Of a stretch of 64,000 bases of DNA, positions 1 to 8,784 are shown piece by piece. The stretch is from positions 64,001 through 128,000 of the IMG/VR virus record IMGVR_UViG_3300024999_000044; one strand, 5' to 3'. The translations under genes were made by a program, and so were the position numbers. The DNA is from a virus. Within the stretch, counting starts at the first letter, position 1. Each line of letters starts with the position of its first letter. The notes below the pieces were generated by a model that had not been told where the DNA came from, searched no databases, and worked only from the letters and a program-made list of their open reading frames with translations.

Positions 1-244
1 AACTGCTTTACGAAAAGGATGGGGTGCTATTTATACGTAACGGATCAGATGGGTTTACAAAGGGGGTTAAATCTCAGTCCTCTTTGGTTTCACTCAAAAA
101 TAAGTGGGGATTTAGAGACGTAGAAAACTCCCCTACCTTTGGCAGTGGTGTGGAAATACAAAGAGCTTTACACTTATTTGATCTCAAGAGTGATGGGAAT
201 ATAGTGTATTCTGGAAGGAATATTCATTTCTAGGGGGCGGTAAA

Positions 245-706
245 ATGTCAGGAGTGCATCAATACGCTGTACTAAGGGGAGCTTTATCAAGGGAGGGTTT
301 ATTGGATCGGGGTAAGCAAAATGGTGTGTTGTGGGATGAGTCTAGTCATGAGGGGGTCAATTGGCTAAGATACAGCCATGCTCTGGTTTCCCACTTAGAC
401 GCTGATAAGCCTTTTCATACTGACGACGTAGATTTAAATACGTTAAAGCAAATGCATAACCACTACACACAACTAAGAAAATTACACATTAAAACTATGA
501 TACCACATGTGAAAGATGCCCTAAAGCATTTGCAGGACAAGGATGTTAACACCCATAAACATCCAAATGAATACTTGTCAGAAGTGTATCAACATCTGAA
601 TGAAAATGGTGGCCACCATTGGGCTGATAAGTCTAGAGCTCTAAATCATATGAACACCAGAATAAAATACTTGGGAAATAGAATAGAGGCTCAGGGTCAA
701 AACTAA
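245..706 (+). CDS. hypothetical His-rich small protein, 4 bp upstream of the sigma-like gene (possible co-regulator)
   Basis: 153-aa ORF; stop 4 nt before the start of the 711 ORF, so likely co-transcribed; many His residues; no recognised motif. Confidence 0.5.
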   Translation: MSGVHQYAVLRGALSREGLLDRGKQNGVLWDESSHEGVNWLRYSHALVSHLDADKPFHTDDVDLNTLKQMHNHYTQLRKLHIKTMIPHVKDALKHLQDKDVNTHKHPNEYLSEVYQHLNENGGHHWADKSRALNHMNTRIKYLGNRIEAQGQN

Positions 707-710
707 TTAC

Positions 711-1943
711 ATGAAACTAGGATTTAAAGAGCAGAACTTTGCGTTCTGCCTTTTTTCTTTGTTGAGGGGGTTAGAAATGGGAGAAGAAGTTGAAGTAACC
801 CAAGAATTATTAGATAAGGCTAGGAATCATGATGAGATTTCTAGCAACCTCATATATAAAGGTTTTTATAAACTGATACATTATCTTTGTAGGAAGTGGG
901 CAGGGAAAATATGGAGCAATGACTACTCAATGCAAGAGGAGTTATTTAGTATCTCTCACGTAGCATATATGAAAGCTCTTAATTCATTTGACCCCCTTAA
1001 AGGTGTAAAGTTTGCCACCTATCTCTCCAGATGTGTAGAAAATGAGATACTGATGTACTACAGGAAATGGAAAAAGATTAAACATGAGGTATCCTTCGAA
1101 ACGCCAGTGACCCATAATGCGGAAGGGCATGAGTTGTTCCTGTCAGATCTTTTAGAAAGCAAAGAAGATGGCTATGATGATTTAGAATTTAGGGAAGGCT
1201 TATGGAAAGAGTTTAAAGAGTTCGACTTAGGATCTAAATATGGTAATCTATTAAATCTCTCCATAATAGAAGGGAAAACACAGGTAGAGATAAGGGACTC
1301 TTTAGGGGTATCCCAGTCTTACGTATCTAGACTTGTTAAGAAGCAAACCATTAAGTTTAAGAAACACCTGGAGCAAGTCAACATAATAGAGGGAGGGGAT
1401 AGAATGCATAAGTCTACATACACGCAAGAACAAAAGGACAGGGTCAAGTACTTACTTGAAAATACCATTATGCTACAGCAAAATATAGCTAAGGAGACTG
1501 GGGTGAATCAATCAACGGTGTCTATAATGTCTAGAAAACTAACAAGACCAGAGGGTGCTTTTAGAACTTCTAAAAAAGAAGAGGTTCTGGATGGAGAAGT
1601 GACAACTACTTTTTGGTCTAAGGATCGAGTAGCTGAACATTTTGGAGAAGAGATAGATACTCCGTCTACAGCAGTTACTCCACCCTTACCTGATGGGGTA
1701 TTGGAAGCCCCTCTTCACCCATCCCTACAAGAGATGGACACCTCTAGTAAACTAGAGGACACTCCCACTATACAGGACCGATTAGTACATAAGGACAACT
1801 TACCAACAGGTGCTACAATCATAGAGTTAGTGCGGGACGGTTTAGACGCAGACTCACTTGAGTGGGAGGTACACAACCTAGTGGAGTATCTGAGGAGACT
1901 AAAACCCACTACTATTTCAGTAGAACTAAAAATAACATTCTAG
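711..1943 (+). CDS. sigma-70 family factor (SigF/SigG-like regions 2 and 4) fused to a C-terminal extension with a second HTH
   Basis: Region-2-like 'FSISHVAYMKALNSFDPLKGVKFATYLSRCVENEILMYYRK'; region-4.2-like HTH 'TQVEIRDSLGVSQSYVSRLVKK'; second HTH 'NIAKETGVNQSTVSIMSRKL'; in-frame RBS gagggagggga plus ATG at 1404. Confidence 0.6.
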   Translation: MKLGFKEQNFAFCLFSLLRGLEMGEEVEVTQELLDKARNHDEISSNLIYKGFYKLIHYLCRKWAGKIWSNDYSMQEELFSISHVAYMKALNSFDPLKGVKFATYLSRCVENEILMYYRKWKKIKHEVSFETPVTHNAEGHELFLSDLLESKEDGYDDLEFREGLWKEFKEFDLGSKYGNLLNLSIIEGKTQVEIRDSLGVSQSYVSRLVKKQTIKFKKHLEQVNIIEGGDRMHKSTYTQEQKDRVKYLLENTIMLQQNIAKETGVNQSTVSIMSRKLTRPEGAFRTSKKEEVLDGEVTTTFWSKDRVAEHFGEEIDTPSTAVTPPLPDGVLEAPLHPSLQEMDTSSKLEDTPTIQDRLVHKDNLPTGATIIELVRDGLDADSLEWEVHNLVEYLRRLKPTTISVELKITF

Positions 1944-2036
1944 AGAAATCTCACCTACTTACCAGGATATTAATTATCCTGGTAATTTTATTTTCTCACC
2001 TGCTTTAGATTTTTAAAGGTAAGGAGGCGAGGTCAG

Positions 2037-2921
2037 TTGATCAAGCATTGGGAACATACTGAAATCGTGGATGGTGCTACTTTTGAGAGATTTAAGTCAT
2101 TCAAGGCCCCTGTTTTTCCCAGCGCACCCTTACCTAATAATACTGCGGTATTCATCTCTTGTAGTGGTAAGAGATTAGAAGGTATATATGATCCCGAATT
2201 AAAGTCCATACGTCAATTTAGATACTTAGAAAACCCTCCCCCTAATAGGGATCTAAGATTATATTTAGATGCTATATCCAGTCCCCACATTACTATGATA
2301 GCTATAGATGGTCTGATGGGAACAGGTAAAACCTCCAATGCTGTAGAAAGTGCTGTAGAGTTTATAAATTCTACTCCTTGTGCTAGAGGTGACCTTAATT
2401 GCACTAAGGTGGTTATAGCCAAACCATATGTCAATGCTGGAGGGGAAGAATATGGCTTTTTACCTGGAGACGCTGATGAGAAACTAGACCCTACACTAAC
2501 TAATTTCATTCAGTATTTTGACAGATTTAGCACTATTGGATTTAAGAAATTGCGAGAGCTAGGACGTGTTAAGGTTTTACCTTTAGGGTTTATACGTGGA
2601 TTAGATGCCGAGAATATGATTATCCTAGCGGATGAGTGCCAAAATACTAGGGAGCTAATATCCTTGGCCACTAGAAAGGCTAAGAATAGTAGGATATTTT
2701 TTCTAGGGGATACAAGCCCTTTCCAAATAGACCTGCAAGGGGTTGCTCCTAAAAAGAATGGGCTAACCAATATTATAGATCTATTGTCTGGAGCCCCTTA
2801 TTTTCAGTATATTGAGCTTAAAACCCTGGAACACATAGTTCGTAGTGACGAAGTGAGAGACATAGTTAAGAGGTTATTTGAGAAATACGGGGAAAACCCT
2901 CAAGAATGGATAATTCAATAG
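2037..2921 (+). CDS. phoH: PhoH-like ATPase
   Basis: Walker A 'GLMGTGKTSNA'; 'GFLPGDADEKLDP' and 'ILADECQNT' motifs typical of the PhoH family; TTG start after RBS taaggaggcgagg. Confidence 0.75.
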   Translation: MIKHWEHTEIVDGATFERFKSFKAPVFPSAPLPNNTAVFISCSGKRLEGIYDPELKSIRQFRYLENPPPNRDLRLYLDAISSPHITMIAIDGLMGTGKTSNAVESAVEFINSTPCARGDLNCTKVVIAKPYVNAGGEEYGFLPGDADEKLDPTLTNFIQYFDRFSTIGFKKLRELGRVKVLPLGFIRGLDAENMIILADECQNTRELISLATRKAKNSRIFFLGDTSPFQIDLQGVAPKKNGLTNIIDLLSGAPYFQYIELKTLEHIVRSDEVRDIVKRLFEKYGENPQEWIIQ

Positions 2922-2962
2922 TATGTGCTCATTATAGGTGAGTGAGGTGAGGAGGATAAGAA

Positions 2963-5305
2963 ATGGCTTTAGATAGAACAAGTACTCAGATGATAAAGTC
3001 CCCATTTCCTAATGGAGCAACTCTCAAGAAATCATTACTAGGAAGCAACAACCTTCAGTTAGCTGATTTTGGATATGATAGTAGTAATCCTGTAATGACA
3101 TATCTCTCTGCTGTTAATAATGCAACATCTTTTCTATCGGAGCGTGGTTATGGCACGCTGGAAATACCTGCAATAACAGGAGTGTCAGATTATATATCCT
3201 ATCTTGATGCTATCAAAGAAGACCTTAGTGTTAAACTCAGGTATCGTTATAGTTTCTATCGATTTCCCATTAATTCCGAATCTAGGGCTATAACTGGCTC
3301 CTTCCAGTTGGGTGACACTGTATATAACACGGATATTACTACCAACAAGGCCTTAGGATGGGTGTGTGTGGAAGCAGGCATACCTGGCAAATGGCAAGCT
3401 TTTGGTTTTATAAAGGATTGGTACACAGAGATAGAGAAGGTGACTGTATTACCGGAAGCTGGGCCTATGCAAGAGGGCAGGCAAGTATACGTAACTTCTG
3501 GAATACCAAGCATATATGTATGTAAAAAACTAAGTGATGGCAGCTACAAGTGGTTTTGGATGGATTACTCCTATGGCACTACGGTGCAGAGAGATGCTTC
3601 CGTTAAAACTATGGGTATGCCTTACTTTAACACCGATACTGGATACCCTGAATGGTGGAATGGGTTAGCTTGGGTAAAGATGATGGATCTGGTTGACGAA
3701 ATTATAAGTATAAATGAGGAGTTATCCCTTAAGACAAACGAAGAAGACTTTGTTGCGTATAAGGCAGATTACCCAACATTAACACAATTTCCTATAATTG
3801 TTCCAGAAACAGACGATACCGCCAGGATTAACAGAGGAATAACCAGTGTTTTTAATTCAGGTGGTGGTTTTTTACTTATACCAACAGGGGTATATAATAT
3901 CAACGCGCTCACCTCTGTAGTAATGAAGAATAATGTATCATTAATATTATCTCCCAATGCAATATTACAGGCAATAACCAATAGTCTAGATGCCTATGCG
4001 ATTGTGCTTTTTGATGGTGTGGATAATTGTAAATTGATAGGCGGAATTATAAAGGGCGATCGCACAACACATACCGGGATTACAGGTGAAAGCGGTATGG
4101 GGATATGGGTAAAAAACAGTACCAATATTGATATCATCGATGTGAGGGTAGATGATTGTTGGGGTGATGGTATTTATATTGGGGGCACTGGTACATTAGG
4201 AAAGAGTGTTCACGTAAATGTTATTATATGTAAAGGCAATAATAATCGCAGAAATGGTTTAACTATTGCGGCGGCTGATGAATGGTCGGTAGAGGATTCG
4301 GTATTTAAAAATTCTAATGGTATTGCCCCTGAAAGCGGTATTGATATTGAACCAAATCTAGATAAGCCAGGAGTCACTAATGGTAATGTTAGCAATACTC
4401 ATTGTTATGGTAACGCTGGACATGGTATTGCAATCTCACAACCTACCACTAGCTTTATTAATTTAGAAGGTAATTTCTGTTATCAAAATAGCTTATCCGG
4501 TATACAATCCGCTTATGTTGGAGAAGGAGTAGAATTAAAAAGTAATTCCTGCTATGAAAATACAATCCACGGGATAAGCCTTCTTGGAAATAATTCATAT
4601 TCTCCTAAACGATTAAATGTTTCGAATAATAAATGTTACCGAAACACAAAGTCTGGAATCTATGCCTACGAACGCATTAAGCTATCAACGATTAGTGATA
4701 ACCACTGTAAAGAGAATGGTGAGCATGGCATTTATGCAGACTTAACATTTGAGAGTAGTATAGTTTCCGATAATGTATGTGAAGCTAATGGCCAAGCTAT
4801 GCACAATACGTATGACAACATTCATATTGTGAACAGCAGTAACTATAATCTATTAAAAGGCAACAAATGCAGAAAGGGGGACCTGGCGAATAAACCTGCT
4901 TATGGAATTTATATGGGCAGTAATGATTTCAATGATTTAAAAGATAACGACGTAACATTAGGTGGAGAAACAGGAAATATATATTTACCTGCCACAAGCA
5001 CTAACATATCAGTTAAAGGGAATCGTGGGTATGTAACGGAAGCTAATATTTTATCTGGCACATTAGCTCTTGATTCTGGTGGATTTAAAGAATTAACAAT
5101 TGCTCATGGGTGTGGGTATACCCCCAGTTTAAAAGATTGTTCGGTAACTCTTGTGGAAAATACCGCCATATCAGATTACGAGATAAACCTTATAATTATT
5201 AGGAGCATAAATGCGACAAACGCAGTAGTAGGCGTATACATCAAAACCGCTTCTGCATTAGCTGGTTCAACGGCTAAACTAGCATTAAAAGTATCAAGAA
5301 ATTAG
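2963..5305 (+). CDS. tailspike/depolymerase-like protein with right-handed parallel beta-helix (pectin-lyase fold) repeats
   Basis: 780 aa; repeated N/G-rich coils (NNRRNGLTIAA, GIDIEPN, GHGIAIS, GIQSAYVG, GISLLGNN, GIYAYE, GIYADL) typical of PbH1 beta-helix. Confidence 0.55.
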   Translation: MALDRTSTQMIKSPFPNGATLKKSLLGSNNLQLADFGYDSSNPVMTYLSAVNNATSFLSERGYGTLEIPAITGVSDYISYLDAIKEDLSVKLRYRYSFYRFPINSESRAITGSFQLGDTVYNTDITTNKALGWVCVEAGIPGKWQAFGFIKDWYTEIEKVTVLPEAGPMQEGRQVYVTSGIPSIYVCKKLSDGSYKWFWMDYSYGTTVQRDASVKTMGMPYFNTDTGYPEWWNGLAWVKMMDLVDEIISINEELSLKTNEEDFVAYKADYPTLTQFPIIVPETDDTARINRGITSVFNSGGGFLLIPTGVYNINALTSVVMKNNVSLILSPNAILQAITNSLDAYAIVLFDGVDNCKLIGGIIKGDRTTHTGITGESGMGIWVKNSTNIDIIDVRVDDCWGDGIYIGGTGTLGKSVHVNVIICKGNNNRRNGLTIAAADEWSVEDSVFKNSNGIAPESGIDIEPNLDKPGVTNGNVSNTHCYGNAGHGIAISQPTTSFINLEGNFCYQNSLSGIQSAYVGEGVELKSNSCYENTIHGISLLGNNSYSPKRLNVSNNKCYRNTKSGIYAYERIKLSTISDNHCKENGEHGIYADLTFESSIVSDNVCEANGQAMHNTYDNIHIVNSSNYNLLKGNKCRKGDLANKPAYGIYMGSNDFNDLKDNDVTLGGETGNIYLPATSTNISVKGNRGYVTEANILSGTLALDSGGFKELTIAHGCGYTPSLKDCSVTLVENTAISDYEINLIIIRSINATNAVVGVYIKTASALAGSTAKLALKVSRN

Positions 5306-5485
5306 GGTTATCTGTAATCATTGATTTCGAGTATGATATCACTTAATTCATAGTGGATGGAAAAAGCAAACCAACCCCTCAAAATCGCTAGGGGAAAAAC
5401 TACAAGTCATTACTATTTACCCCCCATAATACTCATGAGACGATTTCAAGGTTTTGGATTCATTTAATTGAATGGAGATGAATAG

Positions 5486-5662
5486 ATGACTAAGTTATTG
5501 CTAAAAAACGGTTCTCACGCATACACCACACTCACTCCTGAAGAAGTAAGATCCTATCTACACGGTGGGATCAAAACCCAAGTCATCAATGGATTTGAAG
5601 ACCTACCAGGCACCATTCCAGTGTATATCTATGTCCATGCTATAATGCTTATCTACATTTAA
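5486..5662 (+). CDS. possible small protein (58 aa), not in the ORF track
   Basis: ATG at 5486 after ggaga RBS in a 400-bp otherwise unannotated gap; hydrophobic C-terminus. Confidence 0.25.
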   Translation: MTKLLLKNGSHAYTTLTPEEVRSYLHGGIKTQVINGFEDLPGTIPVYIYVHAIMLIYI

Positions 5663-5760
5663 TCCCATACAGAGAGATATAAACACACCCCTACTCTTGG
5701 ATTAGTGGGGGTATGTTTGTCTTCAAAGGTAAACCATCAAACATTGAGGAGAGTGGATTC

Positions 5761-8070
5761 ATGCCGTATTCCTTATCACCAGAATTTGTATCAAAATACA
5801 GAAATAAAATACCTGATTGGGGTATACTGGGTTGGGAAACCTACAAGAGAACGTACGCACGGTGGATTCAATCTGAACTTAGGTACGAAGAATGGTGGGA
5901 AACCTGTAAAAGAGTTATCGAAGGTAATTTTAATCTAGTGCCCAATGACCCAACATTCACTATGGAAGAGATGGAAACAGCCTATGATTTGATGTTCTAC
6001 TTAATATGGTTACCTCCTGGCAGAGGTTTGTGGGTATCCGGCACTGATTTTGCTAAGAAGCATGGGGATGCCCTAGTCAACTGCTGGTTTATAGCATGTA
6101 GACCGCAACCTTACCTAAAAGGAGAAGAAGCAAAAGTATCATTCCCTTTTGTGTTTATCTTTGACGTATCTATGAAAGGCGGAGGCTCTGGATTTACTGC
6201 TCGTAAGAAAGATGTTAGTTTGATACCAGTGGTGAGTAAAAAGATTAACCTCTTTATAAAGTGTGATGCAAATCACCCAGACTTTAGTATAGATGTCCCC
6301 ACAGCCAAATTGGATTATGGTGTTGTAGATAAAGTGATGCCAACTAAAGGCATATTAATTGGAAAAGTGAACGATTCAAGAGAAGGTTGGTGTGATGCTC
6401 TAAGTTGGGTAATTGATAGCCATTTTGCTGGGTTGTGGGAAGCCAATTTGGTTATTGATATCAGTGACGTACGGGGTTACGGTGAAGAGATAAAAGGATT
6501 CGGTGGGAAGTCTAGTGGCCCTAGATCACTTGTTGAACTTCTGTGTGGGGTAAATGACCTTCTCAATCTTAGGCATCAAGGTAACCTGTCTTCAGTAGAT
6601 GTAGTAGACATAATGAACATGATCGGAAGATGTGTTATTGCTGGTAATGTTCGTAGAACCGCACAACTATCTATTGGAAGTACCGATGACATTGGGTTTA
6701 TGCAAATGAAGGATTTTGGAGTAGTAGATGAAATTTGCCAAACAGACGTTTCAGGTAATTTCATCTGGGAAAATGGGAAACGAGTCTTAAAGCCTATGAA
6801 CATCCTACAGCATCTTTACGAAGAAAAAGAACTTCAGGGGTTAATTTACACCCATCATGCTCAAAGTAATCACAGGTGGTCCTCAAATAACTCATTAATG
6901 GTTACTCCTGAGTTTGATGATTGGAAATTCCTGTCAGATAAGCTAAAGATAAATGGAGAACCTGGGTACATTAATGAGTACCTCATCCAGAACTATGGGA
7001 GACTGATAGATGGGGTACAAGAAGGTATAGATGGGGAGGCTGAAGGATGCAATGCATGCGTTGAAATAACTCTTGCCAATGGTGAGCCTTGCAACCTGGT
7101 GGAGAATTTTCCCCTCAATATTAACAAAGCTAATAAAGACTACAAGAAGGTCTTAGATATCTCTGCCAGATACGCTTATAGGGTCACTCATTGCATTCAT
7201 GACTGGGAAGTTTCTAGGGATATTGTGTCTAAGAATAGAAGGATTGGTGCCTCCCTGTCGGGTATCCAGGATTGGGTACTTGAAGAATTTGGCGGTGAAG
7301 TATTTACTGGGTGGAAAACTACTAATGGTTTGACTCTACCTACTGGAGTAAATCCACTAGTAGTTAAGGCGTTGGATGACTATTACCATACAATTAAGGA
7401 ATCCGCCACCAAATACGCTAAAGCACTGGGCACTAACACCCCTATAAAATTTACAACAGTCAAACCATCTGGTACAATATCACTGCTAGTGGGTGCCTCA
7501 CCTGGTATGCACTGGCACTATTTTGGGTATGGGATACGTAGAATGCGATTCCAAATGGATGACATGTTACTTCCAATACTCAAACAAGCAGGTTATTACA
7601 TGGAACCCGATATAAAGGTGCCAAATACCATGGTTGTTGAGTTCCCTGTAAAAGCATGCACGGCGGACCATCCTAAATTTAGATCCGCCGGACAAGTACC
7701 AATCTATGAGCAATTTGCTTTCCAAGCTTTGTTATCTGAATACTGGGCAGACAACTCTGTCTCCTGCACCATAACTTTTCAGCCCGAAGAAGCAGATCAG
7801 TTAGAGGGACTATTAAGACATTATAGCACTAAGATTAAGGCCACCACATGCTTACCATATAAAAATCATGGGTATGCTCAGGCACCTTATGAACCTTATT
7901 CAGAGAAGGATGGGAAAAGTCCCAAACAGCAATACGAGGAAGCTCTATCCAAAATAACAGATAGGCCAGTGGATATTTATACTAGGCTTCACCTAAGTGA
8001 TAATGCTAAGGAAGAGCTGGAAGCAATATTAGGCTCTGACTGTACTACAGGGGCCTGCCCAATACGATAG
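5761..8070 (+). CDS. ribonucleotide reductase, class II (NrdJ)-like
   Basis: 'LVNCWFIA' (SCF-like), 'GGGSGFTARK' (GGGxG...R block), 'NACVEITL' (N-x-C-x-E active-site loop) followed by 'EPCNLVENFPLNI' (CNLGSINL-like), C-terminal Cys pair 'CTTGACP'; start moved to MPYSL after gaggag RBS (track start 5713). Confidence 0.6.
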   Translation: MPYSLSPEFVSKYRNKIPDWGILGWETYKRTYARWIQSELRYEEWWETCKRVIEGNFNLVPNDPTFTMEEMETAYDLMFYLIWLPPGRGLWVSGTDFAKKHGDALVNCWFIACRPQPYLKGEEAKVSFPFVFIFDVSMKGGGSGFTARKKDVSLIPVVSKKINLFIKCDANHPDFSIDVPTAKLDYGVVDKVMPTKGILIGKVNDSREGWCDALSWVIDSHFAGLWEANLVIDISDVRGYGEEIKGFGGKSSGPRSLVELLCGVNDLLNLRHQGNLSSVDVVDIMNMIGRCVIAGNVRRTAQLSIGSTDDIGFMQMKDFGVVDEICQTDVSGNFIWENGKRVLKPMNILQHLYEEKELQGLIYTHHAQSNHRWSSNNSLMVTPEFDDWKFLSDKLKINGEPGYINEYLIQNYGRLIDGVQEGIDGEAEGCNACVEITLANGEPCNLVENFPLNINKANKDYKKVLDISARYAYRVTHCIHDWEVSRDIVSKNRRIGASLSGIQDWVLEEFGGEVFTGWKTTNGLTLPTGVNPLVVKALDDYYHTIKESATKYAKALGTNTPIKFTTVKPSGTISLLVGASPGMHWHYFGYGIRRMRFQMDDMLLPILKQAGYYMEPDIKVPNTMVVEFPVKACTADHPKFRSAGQVPIYEQFAFQALLSEYWADNSVSCTITFQPEEADQLEGLLRHYSTKIKATTCLPYKNHGYAQAPYEPYSEKDGKSPKQQYEEALSKITDRPVDIYTRLHLSDNAKEELEAILGSDCTTGACPIR

Positions 8071-8080
8071 GAGGTGTATC

Positions 8081-8266
8081 ATGATATTTCCTATATTTTG
8101 GATAATACTGGGGTTAGGTCTGGCAATACCCTCCACCTTAGTGCTGGCAATTAACCTCATACTAAAGGCAGTTAATGGAGACAAATATGAAATAAACTTA
8201 TTTCAGACGTTCAAGGTATACTCCATCTCCTTGATTGGATGGGCTACAACATTTGGCATAAGATGA
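8081..8266 (+). CDS. small hydrophobic membrane protein
   Basis: 61 aa, two hydrophobic segments; RBS ggaggtg upstream. Confidence 0.4.
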   Translation: MIFPIFWIILGLGLAIPSTLVLAINLILKAVNGDKYEINLFQTFKVYSISLIGWATTFGIR

Positions 8267-8280
8267 GGTGATGACTACAT

Positions 8281-8443
8281 GTGTGAAGAAAAGTTTGGGG
8301 GTTGGTATCCCCCAGTGCAGAAGTTTAGCGATCAGCATCTTAATAAAAAGTCCACCCAAGAGGAAGAACGGGAAGAGTCCCTTAAGAAAACAATAAACTT
8401 TGAGACTCTTCAAAAACGTATGGATTTTAATCTTTTTAAATAG
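8281..8443 (+). CDS. possible small acidic protein (54 aa)
   Basis: ATG after gaggtga RBS; below the track length threshold. Confidence 0.25.
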
Positions 8444-8455
8444 GGGGTAATGTAA

Positions 8456-8707
8456 ATGGGTCAATTTCTTGAGCCTAGTGAAAACCATACAACTGGGTAT
8501 ACATTCCTGAAATGGAATGGGAAGTATGGTGATGAGTCTAAATTTGTTATCAGGGACAACAAAAATGGTAAACAATCTTTGTTTACCCCAGGTCGTGCCC
8601 ATGATGTAACCTGGGCTAACACAGACTTGGAAAATGATGAGGAATTCTCTGAATGGCAAGAATTTGGCAATGAGACTGTGGATGATCTGGATTATGTATC
8701 ATTCTAG
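8456..8707 (+). CDS. hypothetical acidic protein
   Basis: 83-aa ORF with RBS; followed by a terminator hairpin. Confidence 0.45.
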   Translation: MGQFLEPSENHTTGYTFLKWNGKYGDESKFVIRDNKNGKQSLFTPGRAHDVTWANTDLENDEEFSEWQEFGNETVDDLDYVSF

Positions 8708-8721
8708 GAGTTACTTAAAAT

Positions 8722-8758
8722 AAGACTGGGCATATGCCCCGTCTTATTTTTGTTTTTA
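8722..8758 (+). terminator. Rho-independent terminator
   Basis: hairpin aagactgggcat/atgccccgtctt followed by atttttgttttt. Confidence 0.55.
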
Positions 8759-8784
8759 GACTTAATGAATACTGAGGAGGTGCC

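Noticed and set aside
5705-5938. 77-aa ORF overlapping the RNR start in another frame
   Set aside because: It overlaps the RNR-like gene start and has no independent support. It is probably spurious.
5713-8070. Terminase large subunit (expected upstream of the portal)
   Set aside because: No Walker A/B ATPase motifs are present. Instead the protein has RNR-like GGGxG, N-x-C-x-E and CNL blocks. The terminase is probably outside this window.
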